Source: the human T2T-CHM13v2.0 reference genome, Homo sapiens
Length of the DNA stretch: 64,000 bases
NCBI RefSeq assembly: GCF_009914755.1
Contig: NC_060930.1
Strand: one strand, 5' to 3'
This document shows positions 24,322 to 38,586 of this stretch, piece after piece. Within the stretch, counting starts at the first letter, position 1; each line of letters starts with the position of its first letter. The position numbers and the translations under genes are program-made. The notes under the pieces were generated by a model. It was not told where the DNA came from. It saw only the letters and a program-made list of their open reading frames with translations, and ran no database searches.

Positions 24322-27300
24322 TCTGTTGTTAGGTTTTGTTTTTTGAGAAAATAAATATTATGTGAAGGAAACAAGCAAGCAAGCATTATGTATATAGAGA
24401 AATTGATTGCTTGATTCTTAAAAATGTTTATGTGTATACCTGTGCATAGATAAATAGATGTAGGTATATAGTTATAAATAGAACCCTCATTAATAAATGT
24501 CAAGGTAATAACTAATTAGGTTTTTTAAATTAAACACTGAACTCTAACATATTAAGTTCAAATATTAAAGTTTTATATTAGCATATAGTTTGATATTAAC
24601 ATGAAGGGAAATTTTTGTTTCCTACAAAAAGTAGTGATTCTCCCAGGTGGAGATAGTGGAGAGGTGAACAGGGATTATCTCTCCATTCTGCAGAAGATGA
24701 TTCCAGGTTCTGCAACCCAGGGATTGAGGAGGGGTGTCTTCCCCGAATACTGGGGGGATTCCAAACTCCAAGGAGGGAGAAGAGCTGGGACACTTATGTT
24801 AGAAGCCAAGAATGGAGTTCAAATAGGTTAACCCAATCAAAGGGGACAGAGGCCAGGATGGACACTGGAGGACAGGGTCAAGGTCCCAAGAATGAGCAAG
24901 GGTGAATCTGGGGCAATTGTCTGCACCAGCTATGCTGTGGCATGGCATGGCATGGTATGGCATGGCAGGGTGTGGTATGGTATAATCTGGTGTGGCATTC
25001 TCTGGTATGGCATAATGTAGTCTAGGATAGTGTCTTCTGATGTGGTGTGGTGTAGTATGGTGTGGCATCTTTTCATGGCATGGCATAGTATGGTAAGTGG
25101 AGCTGATAGGAGAACCAGAGATAGGATGGACTGTGGCTTCGAGAGCACAGCTGGGGACTGAACTAAAAGGACCAACAGGAGAGCTAACCAGAAATGTCCT
25201 GCAGCAGCCAGAGAGAGATACAGAAAGAGTTGCACTCTAGGGAAGAGCAAGCCCTGGACGTGTGGACTTGAGTCTTCCTCTGGAGGAACATGTGATGTGC
25301 CAAGCACTGTGTACAAGGATCCAGGTGCTTCACATACATTCTCTCACTAAATCCTCTCAACAACCTGCATGATAACGCACTCAAGAAAGTGAGGCTCAGA
25401 GAGCTGGAGTATTTTGTCCAAGGTCATACAGCTGACAAATGATGGAGGCATATGTGAACCCTGATTTATTTTATTCCGAACGTAGGCTTACAACACCCAT
25501 TATCTCCAAGTAAGATTTCCCTGTCAGAGAGTTCTGAGCAGTGATTCTGGAAATGTAGCACAGCACAGAAGAAGAAAATGAGTACACACCCCTCAGACGA
25601 CACAGTACGACGTTTTGCAGGCCAGAGATCGGGGGGACAGGGAATGCATATAGTTTGATACCACAGCCATTGTTCCAATGTGTTTTTAAATCCATATTTA
25701 CTTGATTTTTTATTAGAGGCATGGGTTTTTAAAAGCTTGAGGAACACTAGTGTAAAGAGAGAAGAATGAGGTCAAATGCTTTGGCAACATCTTCATACAA
25801 GAGATAAGCTGATAAAGAGAAAACAAGTGAAGGTCGCGGCAGCAGGTGTGGAGAGAAGTTATCACTAAGCTCATGGGCCTTGGAAACTGAGTGATCATGG
25901 TGACCCTCAAGAAGACTATCGGGAGCAGGCGGCAGAGTCCAAAGGGCGGCCACAGCAGCATGGCTGGACCGACCACCACACTGGCCCAGAACTCTGCAGG
26001 CCTCAGCAGTGCTGGGATTGGGAAAAGACATCAAGCCCAAAATTCACCTGTAGATGCCAACAGAGGGACTCCATCACCAGAGATGAAACGAAGCCCATGG
26101 ATAATGGCACCGTGCAGAAGGAAGAGGCCAAGAGGGTCAGCAGAGCCAGAAAACAGAGGGGGCCTCACAGCAGATAAGAGGATGCACAATCACACATATA
26201 TTCACACTCACACACACACATGCTCGTACTCACAGTCATATTTGCACTCATCCATCACATTCACATGCTCGCACATGCTCACTTCCACTCTCACACTCAT
26301 GCTCACTCACGCACACTCACGTTCACACGCACACACGCATATTCACACTCTCGTGCACTCACACTCATGCACACTCCCATTCATACACAGTTTTGCGAGT
26401 GTACTTCTGGAGTGCTTTGCTGGCAGCTCTAGGAAGGAAAGAGAGACGCTCCAATTAGGTCTGGAGAAGAACGAGGGGGCATGGCGAGAGGGCCCAGCGG
26501 GCCGCCACTCCATTCCAGAAAGGAGTGCCCCTGCTTTCCCTGGGGCTCCCTGCACCAGCTGGTATGTGGCGTGGCATGGCACGGTATGGTGTGGCAGGGT
26601 GTGGTATGGTATAGTCTAGTGTGGCATGCGCTGGTATGGCATAGTCTAGGGTAGTGTGGCCTGATGTCGTTCGGCGTAGTATGGTGTGGCATTGTTCATG
26701 GCATGGCATAGTATGTTGCTGTTGGGTTTTGTTTTTTGAGAAAATAAATATTATGTGAAGGAAACAAGAAAACAAGCATGATGTATATAGAGAAATTGAT
26801 TCCTTGATTCTTAAAAATGTTTATGTGTATACCTGTGTATAGATAAATAGATATAGGTATATAGTTATAAATAGAACCCTCATTAATAAATGTCAAGGTA
26901 AAAACTGATTAGGTTTTTTAAATTAAACACTGAACTGTAACATATTAAGTTTAAAGTTTTATATTAGTATATAGTTTGATATTAACATAAAGGGAAATTT
27001 TTGTTTCCTACAAAAAGTAGTGATTCTCCCAGGTGAAGATAGTGGAGAGAGATGCTTGCATAGAGAGACGCTCTGATTAAGTCCAGAGAAGAACGAGGAG
27101 GCGTGGCGAGAGGGCCCAGCAAGCTGCAGTTCCGTCCCAGAAAGGAGTGCCGCTACTTTTCTCTGGGACTCCCTGCACCAGCTGTGACATGGTGAAGGCA
27201 CAGGATAAGTGCCTTCACCCGCCAGCCTGCTGCCAGGACCCTGGAAGCCTGTCCCGTCGTCCACCCTTTGTTGTATATCAGGAAGTCTGGAAGAGAGGGT

Positions 27301-28305
27301 TCCTGCTTACCGAGGAAGTTCCTCTTTACAGGGTGAGCTGTGGTTCACTGAATTAGGGGTGAGTGTCTCTCTCTGCCTGACCTGCGCTGCTGCTGCCCCA
27401 GAACTTAGGGAAAGTTCTACTTCATGCAACTAGAGAAAGGCACTGAAGCCCCACATTTTCCAGACTCAGGTGTGGAAAAATCCTTTCCTACTTGGCCTGG
27501 TGGACACATGACAGTTGGTTTCTAAATTTGACTTGAGTTTCTGCTGCACCCCACCCAGAGCCCAGTGCTCACTGCCTGCAAACCTTCCTGCCCCACTCCC
27601 TGCCTTGGCAAATGAGCTCCCCTTGGGCCAGACCCTACATCAAAGCGCTCTCCTGAGCCACTCTAGAGAGATTCCACAGTGAAAGGGTAGAAAGGCAGCC
27701 CCAAGCATTGCATTATCATGTTCACTTGGCCCTAAGAGGCTGGCTTCAACCGCGTCTCTACACAACTTCGCATCTCCTGGATGATCCCCTTCTGAAGGAC
27801 TTTGGAAACCACTAGAAGCAGGGGTGGCATGGCATAGCAAGGCATAGTGTGTTGTGCCATAGCATGGCATGACGCACTGTGCCATGGTATAGTGAGTGAA
27901 GCCAATAGGCATGAGAACGAGAGATAGGATAGATAGTGGCATCATCAGAGAGAGGGTGGTTGGGGACCAGGCTAGAAGAGGCCAACAGAAGAGCTAACCG
28001 GAAATGTCCTACAAGCAGCCAGAGAGAGATCCAGGAAGACTTGCACCTGGGGGAAGAGTAAGCTGGACACCTGGACTTGAGTCTTCCTCTGCAGGGTTAA
28101 GTAATGTCCTAATAGCAGGAGGGCCATGTGCCAAGCCCTGTGTACAAGGTTCTAAGGGTCCAAGCCGGGTGCTTTACATACATTCTTTCACTAAATCAGC
28201 CCAACAACCCTGTATGATGGCACACAAGACAGCGAGGCTCAGAGAGCTGAAAAAAGTTTGTCCAAGGTCACACAGCTGATAAATGATGAGAGAATATGTG
28301 AACCC
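24322..28305 (+). repeat. Mosaic local duplication containing (CATGG/TATGG/TGTGG)n tracts and duplicated MIR pieces
   Basis: 24322-24663 ~ 26717-27050; 24921-25092 ~ 26550-26714; 26442-26561 ~ 27064-27184; 25075-25460 ~ 27860-28305. Confidence 0.92.
26185..26390. repeat. Degenerate CA-rich low-complexity tract
   Basis: cacactcac/cacatgctc repeats. Confidence 0.85.
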
Positions 28306-28429
28306 AGGTGTGCCCAAGTCCTCTCATCTGCTTTTCTGATGGGTGGAGGGGGAGCCTATTGATTTTCAGAAGATCCTGTACCTGAATCTAGGGAGAATAA
28401 TAGAATGATTCTAATAATTGCAACTCACC

Positions 28430-28990
28430 TGCATCAGTTAAATAATAATGTTTGGTGGTGGGTAATAGAAACCCCAAATAGTGGCTTACATAAAACAGGG
28501 ATTCACAGAGCCACTAGGTGACCTATGCCAGGAAGGGCCATTCACAACTGTGCTCCAGGCTGAGCCATTGGAGAGGCCAGCAGCCCTGGGGACTTGTTTT
28601 TTCCCCTCATGTGAAGAGAATTCAGAGGAGGCCAGAGCTGGTGTGACAGTTCCCCAAGGTCATGAGGAACCCAGTTTCTGTCTGGATCACCACTCTACCA
28701 TCTTCATGTTCATGCTTACAAGGTGGCTGCTGGTACTCCAGCCATCACATCCCTGTTCTAGACAGGAATAAGGAGAAATGGCAACAAGCAAATGGAACGG
28801 ACTGCCTGAGCTCTCTGTAAACTTTCCTGAAACCTGGAAGTCCACCTAGTCATCTCTGTTCCTACCTCCCTGGCCAGAACTGTATTGCATCATCATTCTT
28901 ACCTGGAATGCGAGGATGAAAGGTATAGCTTTTTAAGCTGGACATATTCCTAAACCCAAATAAAATTAGGGCTCTGCTAGCAGTGAGCAG
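28430..28990 (-). mobile_element. Old MaLR LTR (MLT1J/K/L-like)
   Basis: atagtggcttacataaaacaggg...caaggtggctgctggtactccagccatcacatcc motifs. Confidence 0.6.
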
Positions 28991-29473
28991 AGAATGGATG
29001 TCGGAGCTCCATTTAGCAAGACTTGCCACCTCATTTTCGTCATCCAGTTATGCCTGGGTGCTCCACTACACTCACAGATGTCAGCCCTGGGCATGGAAAA
29101 CCCAGCCCCTGAGCAAAGAATTGCATAGTTAAATGCAACAAACATTCACATAGAATATGGATTTGAGGCCAGAGAATGAAGACAATGCATTCTAGACCAC
29201 GTATGTCCTCACCGAGGGACTGGGTTGTGGGAAGTGTAAGAATCATTGTCTTATTGTGCTATCACAAGACAGGACCACTTCCCAAATTTGAGGAATTTGG
29301 GCCTTGTGTCCATTGGTATGTCCAGCTTAATGGAGTTAGTTCCTAAGGTAGTATTCTTTAAGGGGGCGTTGTCTATCTGCTGTGCATAGCCTGTACTCCA
29401 GGATTGTGGCAGAAACTGTCCCCTGGGAATAGCCTGACCAGACATCCATCCTTAACAATACCAGGAAGGGTTC

Positions 29474-29864
29474 TGAAATGGGGCTGAATTGTGTCCCTCC
29501 AAATTCATAGACTGAAGTCCTAACTAACCTCCAATTTCCCAGAATGTGACTGTATTTGCAGAGAGGGTCTTCAAAGAGGTAGTTAAACTAAAATGAAGTC
29601 ATTAAAATGGGCCCTGATCCAATACGGCTGGTGTCCTTACAAGAAGAGGAGATGAGGACACAGATGCACACAGAGGGAAGACGAGTGAAAACACAGGGAG
29701 AAGATGGCAACTACAAGCCAAGGAGCGAGGCCTCAGGAGAAACCAGCCCTGCCCTCCTCTTGATCTCAGACTTCTAGCCTCCAGCACTGTGAGAAAATAA
29801 ATCTCTGTTGTTCAAGCACCCAGTCTGTGGTACTTTGTTATGACAACCATAGCAAATTAATACA
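29474..29864 (+). mobile_element. MLT1B solo LTR
   Basis: MLT1B body (ggacacagatgcacacagagggaagac), TG...CA ends, TSD ggttc. Confidence 0.9.
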
Positions 29865-31023
29865 GGTTCTTTGGCAAAATAATTCACTAAGCATGACTGA
29901 ACCTATGCGTGTACAGTTGTGTAGAGTTAACCGAGCATAATTCTTCACATACGGAGCTACACTTTCTGCACACTGGAATTCTGTTACTGTCAATTCCTCC
30001 TCACCAGGAAAGTGGACCTGGCTGGGGTCAACGTCTCTTCGTTTGACTTGGATACATCGATCCTTTCCATCTGTCTCATGCTTCTTTGGATTTTTAATAC
30101 CAGTCACATAGAAAGCTTCATCCCATTGTCTGCCAGTCTTCAAAGCTCTGTTTGTCAGTGCAGCGTTTCCATCAGCTACAATTCTAGACTCTGGGTAAAG
30201 CAAGCCCCCATGTGCTGTTGAAATGCACAATGCTTTTCCTTCCCTCCAGCTGCCCGCTCCTCAGTGTTCGGGCAGCAGCTGCTCGTTAGCTGGGAAATGG
30301 CTTCTCTCTCTATTCATGCTCTTGGCTTTGTGGCTGTGAGCCTGGAGCTCTGATCTGGCCTCTGATTCTGCAGCAGGAGGGGAAATATATGACCCCCGCA
30401 TTTTGGTGGGAAGAAAGCAACTTCCTGTTTGGATACAGTCCCCCACAACAAAACACCTTTCTAGCTTCCCCCCAGGCTTCCTTGTTTCCACGGTGCTTCT
30501 CATTTGACGACAGCACACACCACCTCCCTTCCACGCCCTAATTTTGGTATGTAACTATTTTATACCCACTCTGGGTAGGTTACAGGAGCTTTGCCTACCC
30601 TTCCTTGCTAGCTGTCTTTGAATCAAAATATTCACCCAAGGAGAGAAAGAGAATTCCATGAAAGAGGGCCAGAAGGGGGTATTCTGCAGCTGAGTGAAGC
30701 CCAGGCTCTCCCCGGCTCCTTGCTTAGGACAGAAACTGCCCCCGCAGCTGATACCCCATCCACCATGGAGCCTAGACCTCTGGCTCATCATTTACGGGGG
30801 AAATCAGTTCAATAATTTGACTAAAATTAGCAGAGAGAGTAAATTATAAAGGTAACAAAGGTACTCTGAAATAACAGAAAACAGACTGAAACTAACAATT
30901 ACAGATAAAAGCTAGAAAGTTTTGAAAAATAACTAACTAAATGTTCGCTAAAGGATCACATTAAAAGAGTAGAACAGGATGACGTCATTCTTTTAGGTAC
31001 CATGTTTGCTAACAGAGTGCAAT

Positions 31024-31290
<267 letters not shown>

Positions 31291-31319
31291 TTTTTTTTGT
31301 AATAATAAAGAAAATGCAT

Positions 31320-31614
31320 AGCCGGACCTTGTGGCTCACGCCTGTAATCCCAGCACTTTGGGAGGCCGAGGCGGGCAGAACACGAGGTCAGGAGATTGAG
31401 ACCATCCTGGCCAACATGGTGAAACCCCATCTCTACTAAAATTTAAAAAATTAGCCAGACGTAATGGTGCATGCCTGTAGCCCCAGCTACTTGGGAGGCT
31501 GAGGCAGGGGAATCACTTGAAGCCGGGAGGCGGAGGGTTGCAGTGAGCCGAGATGGCACCGCTGCACTCCAGCCTGGTGAAAGAACATGATGCCGTCAAA
31601 AAAAAAAAAAAAAA
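31320..31614 (+). mobile_element. AluS (Sc-like)
   Basis: cacgaggtcaggagattgagaccatcctggcc; polyA; TSD-like aagaa(a)atgca. Confidence 0.92.
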
Positions 31615-33066
31615 GAATGCACTCACAGAGGATAAAGTGGAAATAAGAGCCATAAGAGCCATGGGAGCCTTGGGCCAGTGATGAAGCTCATCAGCAAGGC
31701 CCTGAGGCTCTGCTTCCCTGGAGGCAGGGGCTGAGGCCCCAGGACAAGTTCTGTGAGGGCAGAAGGCATCCACGCCAGGCACATCTGCCCTGGAGGCTGA
31801 GAAGTCTGAGATGAATGAGCCCCTTAGCTATTCCAGATGATTTCCCTGCGGCCCAGCTAGCATGTAAATCCAGCACCCAGTTGGCAGGCAGGATAATTCC
31901 TCAAACAGAGAGGCCACCTGCCAGAATGGGGCTGAGTGTTCCGAGTAGCTAACCAAGGAGAATAGAAAATCTGCCAATGAGGCCGTTTCTAAACACACAA
32001 CTGTCTCGAGGAAGGGGAAAGAAGGGACTGTAGTTCAGTCATGGAGAAGGATGTATAAAAAGGCTCTGGACAGGGCTTTATTCCCAGCTCTGCTCCTAAC
32101 CAGCTGCGTATTTACTCTGCATTGTGGTGTCCTTGTAAGTACATGAAGAGAGGAGCCTGCAGGAGCTGTGAGGTCACTTCCAGCTCCTGCATAGTAGACC
32201 AGCTCCACTCATTCTCCTCAGTCTGGTTTGAGGAGGTGCAGTTGCCGCCTTTGTCCACCCCACCTGTGCACAAAGCAGACCTTGCATCCTGCCTGGGGCC
32301 AGGGTCCAACCCAGAGTCAGCAGGGGCCCTGGGGAGTGAGCGCCATGCCCAGGCACCCCAGCCTGTCTGCCCAGCAGGGCGGGCTCACCACAAGCTGTCA
32401 GCACCAAGGAGCGAGGCCCAAGCACTGAGGTCAGATGCCCCGAGGATGCAGGCAGAAATGTCCAACCTGGGCAGACAAAGCGGAGTCTAACCTGGGTGGG
32501 ATTCAGGAGGGAGCCTGCCAGGACCTTCAGCCGTGAGTAGGATGAGCTGGAGACTTGGAAGCTACAAGCAAAGCTGAGCAATGGGACAGGCAGGGACCAG
32601 GTGAGGAGCAAGGCTACAGGTAACGGAGGACAGGCACAGGTGGCCGGGACTACCGCTGAAAGCTCCAGTAGGGGCTCCACACCCCAACTTGGGTGTATCT
32701 GGACATGCCAGACACTGGGCAGTGCCACCCAGCTCTCCCTCTGAAGCAGGACTCCTTGCCCAGGTGTGGGGCATGTGGTCATTAGGCAGCCTCCTCTTGC
32801 CAGCTCCTACAGGGTCTGCCTCAGCTGCACCTCTCCCAGAGGAGCCCTTGTCCTGAGACTGAAGGAGCACAAAGGCTAGCTTCGAGGCCCTTAGAGGACG
32901 GGGTCACAGTTTGGCTTCTCCCTCTGCCCAGTGCTGCTTCCTCCCCAAATTCCATCTCAGGGCCTGCTTCTAGAAAACCCAATCTGCAGCTCTGAATGGC
33001 TCCGCTAGCACCCACGGTGTCCAGCTTGAAGACTCTGCCTCGTGGGGCCTCTTCAAATGGAGGTCA

Positions 33067-33272
33067 CAGTGCTGTGCTGCAGTCCGCCGACACTGACCTT
33101 CCAGAGTCAACTGCATGCATCTCTTCCCAACTCTGTGTGCAGTGATGGAGAGTGGTAGCTTGAAATCAGCCATGGTGGCGGTATTTGCACCATGGGAGTT
33201 AACAAACACCACAAATCAGAGCTTTTTTTCTCCTGGAGATCTGGTTGTTAAACACCTACCAGCACACAACTG
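33067..33272 (+). mobile_element. MER63A (hAT-Blackjack)
   Basis: TIRs cagtgctgtgctg / cagcacacaactg; internal ggtagcttgaaatcagccatggtgg. Confidence 0.85.
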
Positions 33273-35283
33273 TTTCTGGAGCATAGTAGGATTAGACCAT
33301 TTCTTGAGACCCACTTTGCTCTATGTCACATTGTTCAGAGAGGAGAAGTTAGGGAAGAGGAGGGAAAATCAGGAGAAATGTGGAATGAAATTGCAAACAG
33401 ATTATTTCAAGAGCAGACATTCGGCAGGGTTGGGGAGTGGGTGTGTCTCAGACGCCCTGTTCTTAGGGAGGACGCAGCTGAGCTGGCAGCAGCAGCATAT
33501 GAAAATCCCAAACCTGGCATTCCACATCACCTGGAGGAAGCTGGCTGGGCAAGAGTGTCTCTCTAATGCAGGGAATTGAAGACTTCCCCACTCATCCCAA
33601 AGGTGGTTTGTGGGATCATTTCTTAGTAGTGTACAAGGGAGCCACCACCACCATGCTAAACTCCACCATTTCTGCTGTCCTGGTGAATTACTTCTGGTCT
33701 CCTCATCCTGCTAGTAAGGTGAACACAGTCTCTCCTCATTTTTCCAGCCCCCAACAATTGCTAGGGTCACAGAACAGGCACCTTCACATCCTTCCCATAA
33801 GCCTAAGAAAGTGGGGTCCCTGACTTGGCATTGCACTTTGAAAATGTCACCCGTAACGCAAGAGGGAAGCTGTGGAAAGTATTGAATACAATCTTTAGAA
33901 AGCAAAGCCTTTTTAGTGAGGAATGCACATTTATTTGACAGTGTTCAGTGTTCAGTGCCCACTGCAAGGCATTTTGCTAACTGTCATATTCTATGAAGAG
34001 TGGTGAAAGCAACCCCCTAAAGAAGTCTAACTGGGATGGGTCCCGGCATAGAAGACAATAAAGCTCTGGGCCCTGGAGAAGGTGTAGAATATATTAGCTG
34101 TCCATTAGGTAAGTATGGAGAGAAATTTTCCATTAGGCTATTACGTTTGCCTCAGAAAGAATGGCTCATAGGAATGCAATTCACCCATTTTCTAACAGCA
34201 TTCCAATATGGCTCATAGTGGAAACATAATAGACATTTGTTAAGTGAATAAATGACCCAATCTTGACTTTCAGATTACCACGGATGATTAATTCTGCCTT
34301 GGGATATGCAGATTGAATAGACACTTAAAAGATCACCAGGGATCATATGTATGAGCTGAGAGCACGCATATTGACTTAAAGAATGTATATGTTAAGAAAA
34401 ACAAGAAGCTTGCCAGGAAGCCAAATCAAAACTGGAAAAAAAGATGTTCCTGTCATCTGCATAGCTTAAAAGTGACAGAAGTCAGAGTGCACTTATTCTC
34501 TTTTCAATTATTTTCCTTGATAACCAGAGGAACAAGTAATATAAACCTCCTTGAAAATGGGAAGAGGCAGGTTTTAAAATTGAGGTCTCCCCCAATGATG
34601 TGTTTTTATATAAAGACCGAAATATCAGGGTCCTTGCTTTGAAAACCCCAAGCACCCAAAAGAACTCTTTCTTAAGGATTGAGTGGCAGGCTGTAGAAAA
34701 CCAAAGGGAAGTTATGATGGGGGCAGCTGTGTGAAGATGAGGGCGTCGTCAGTACGTGTGGCATGTTTTCTTTGAAGAGTTCTAACCTCTCCAGAAGTGT
34801 GTCCTCTTCCTTTTTTGGGAGATGGATGAGGGGCAGAGAACTTTCCTGTGCATTGAGAATCCTTCCCAGCCTCCAGTGAGAGGTGAGTCTGGCGCCCTTG
34901 TCCCCAGGTGGACCTGGCTGCCCACTTTGGGTCTTGCCACATGAAGAAAGCCGTTCTGCCTGGCAGAGTTGCAGCAAGCCTGATGTTTAACCCCGAAAGC
35001 AGAAACTTCTTTGCCCTAGCCACATTCTTTTTGAACTCCATAATAGGGGAGGAAGCTAAGGAGAATCATGCATCAAGAGAAAAAATGTTCATATTCCCAC
35101 TGGAAAGGAAGGTGGGTCAATTTGAAAATACGGTATAACAGCAAGTGGTACAGAAGCCCAGCCTGGAAAACAGTGCTGTGATGCCCAGGAAATGATAAAA
35201 CCACCCCGGCGCTCCCTGGGGTCAGGCCAAGGTCTGCAGTCATAACCACCTGCTCTCCTTCCATTCCCTCCAGCCTCACGGCA

Positions 35284-36121
35284 TGTGGTTGGTGTCGATG
35301 GCCCAAATACAAAGGTTATGTATATATCAGAGCCCTCAGACTGAGAAAGAAAAATTGTTCCAAGAAATCAAGTATTTTATCTACATGGAGAAAACCAGAG
35401 CCCTGAGAGTAGTTAACCCAGGAGCTTCCAGAGTCCCCCAGAGTGGAAGCCCAACCTCCTTGGGCTCTGAGATCCATTGTTATGAGCCCAAAGGGCAGCC
35501 CAGAGGTTGAGGGGTGACAAGGAGGGAGGAGAGGGCCGGCAGACCTGAAGCTCCCCTACCTGTAAGTGTGAGTCCCCTCCATGTCATCATCTTGAGGCCG
35601 TGCTTCCAAAGATGGTGCTTATCCTAGACATTAAGGAAAAGGGGGCTAACAGAATAAAAACACTTGGGTAAAATAATATCCACAAGGTAGGAAATTTGGA
35701 GAAGATTTTTGAAAGGTTAGGGAAGAAAAACTTTTGAAAGGACTAAAATATTTAAATATAATTATTATTTTAAAAGAGTTTGGAATAATGCGATAATAAT
35801 AGATACGTAAAAGATTAGATGTCTATGAGATTTAAAAGTTAAAAATACAAAGGTTAGCACTGAAAGCCAAAAACCGTGAAGACGGTAAGTTTACAATGTA
35901 AAAGCAGAAGGTATTGAGGATAAAGAACAAGGATAAAAACACAAAAGCTATACAAGTAAAGAGGGTTTCTGAGAAATGTTTTTTGAGCAAAATAAAAGCA
36001 AAAATCTTGACAATTAGAGAGGTGGTAGAGAGGTAAAATGAAAACATAAGGGGAACTGTTCAAGCATAAGTCAAGGTAATAAGATAAGCTGTTACTTTAG
36101 CAAGGTAACAAGTTAATACGT
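35284..36121 (-). mobile_element. ERVL-class solo LTR (MER54/MER74 group)
   Basis: Reverse complement runs cgtattaac...tttgggccatcgacaccaaccaca (~840 bp) with a T-rich U3; no clear TSD. Confidence 0.55.
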
Positions 36122-36590
36122 ATATAACACATGTCAAAAGCAACAAGTGTTCCCTTGCCAATTTCTATTATGATTTCCTCTTTAACCCAAAAACTATTTT
36201 GGGGAATTGGTTTTATGGTTTTCAGATATATAGATTTATCTCTTGTCATATACTCTTTTTTTAACTGTGGATTTCTAATTTAACTGCATTATAGTCAGAA
36301 GATGTGATTGTTTTATCAAGAGGGTCAATTTTTATAAATATCCAAAGTGTGTTTGAAAATAATGCATAATCACTTTGTTAGGTGCAGAGTTCTCCATTTA
36401 TCTAATTTGACCAACTTTTTAATTATGCTATTGAAATCCTTTATATCCTTATGTTTTTACCAGCTTAATCTATTTCCTTATAAATATTCCTTGTAATTCT
36501 CTTGGTTTTGCTTTATAAATACTGAGGTTATCCTAAGAACATACAAATCTGTTACTTCTTGCAGGATTGTTCTTTTCTTATTGCAAATGT

Positions 36591-36906
<316 letters not shown>

Positions 36907-37100
36907 TAAATGTTCCCCTTTATCCCTATTTATAAAATTTTGACCTAAAATTTATTTGATCTGCTATTAAATTTGCTATGTCAGTTTTCTTTTTATTAGT
37001 GTTTGTCTGATTTAGCTTTTTTTCATTTAATTTTTAGCTATTCTATGTCATTTCTTAACTATGTCTCCTATACATAGCACAAAGCTGAATTTCAGTTTTA

Positions 37101-37418
<318 letters not shown>

Positions 37419-38425
37419 TCTGAACATCTATGTCATTTAAAAGGCCTTCATCTGCATCTATTGAGGACTGTAGCTTGAAAAAATAAAAAGAAGAAGTAAA
37501 AAGGCTTCAACAATTTACATTTATTCTAACTACTGACTTATTTGGGGACATTTCTACCATCTTATTCCTGTGGTTTTGGCTTTGGTTTTTCCTTTTTCTT
37601 CTTCTTTTATCCTTTCCTAACTTCTCAAACTTTGATAATGTTTTCTTTATTTCTTAACTTTTGCTGCTTTGGAAGGATATATTGTGGTCTGTTCTTTAAG
37701 TTTTACTCCTTGATTTTTAGCAATCATAATTAACCATAAATATTTATAAGAAAGTTAAATTTATTCAGCGTTTTTATTCTCCTCTCAAGACAAGAATCTC
37801 AGCATGTTTCAACTACTCACTGAACATCCTCTTCCTTGTGAATGCTGTCTAAATGTTGAACATTTCTTTTTTTAATGTACACACAAAAAGTAGGCTTTTT
37901 TCTCATTGATTATCTTTGTAAAATATATATTACCAAGTACTTTATTTGTGTGCATCATTGCTTCTTAGATCCTGTACTTTCTCTCTTGGTTCACTTTTTG
38001 TCTCATGGAATTTCATGTCTATTAGTTCTTTCTGTGAGAAACTGTAAGTGGTAAACTCATTTAATCTTTGTTTGTCTGACAATTTATTTTGCCTTAATTT
38101 GTAAATAATAGTTTTGCTGGGTATAAAATTTTAGGTTGTCCATTTTTTCCAACAGCACTTTGAAGATATTACTTCATTGTCTCCTCAAATCTATCATTGT
38201 TAAAATGTCTGATGTCATACTAATTATCATCTTGTATAGATTTACTGTTTTTTTTCCAGTACTCGTTAATATTTTATCCTTATTCTTGATATCCAATGTT
38301 TTGTTACACTGGCATTGCGTATGCACAAGTCATTTATGTGTGGATTTATTTTTACTGATTCAGTGTACACTTTTAACCTAAGAGCCAATGGCTTTTTTCA
38401 ACTCTTAAAAATTCTCATCAATATA

Positions 38426-38586
38426 CAAATGCTCTTCAACTTACAGTGGGGTTATGTCCCAATAAAGTTTCAGAATGAGTTTGTTGAGATATAACCCCAT
38501 TGTAAATTAAGGAGCATATTGCTTTTACCCCATCATAATGTAAAAAAAATTCATAAGTTGAAATATCGTAAGTCAAGGATTATCTG
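38426..38586. mobile_element. MER47 (Tigger-family) non-autonomous element
   Basis: TA-flanked; caaatgctcttcaacttacagtggggtta ... atcgtaagtcaaggattatctg. Confidence 0.75.

Noticed and set aside
25891-26619. Longest ORF (242 aa)
   Set aside because: Runs through a CA-rich tract and pentamer repeats that lack stops; no recognisable protein.
30979-30988. Perfect CRE palindrome ATGACGTCAT
   Set aside because: Single isolated motif in AT-rich, probably repeat-derived sequence.
32174-32782. 202-aa ORF in GC-rich sequence
   Set aside because: No recognisable domain; several frames are open, as expected from composition.
35640-36140. Odd A/G-skewed tract, suspected foreign or reversed sequence
   Set aside because: Better explained as the U3 of a minus-strand ERVL-type LTR.
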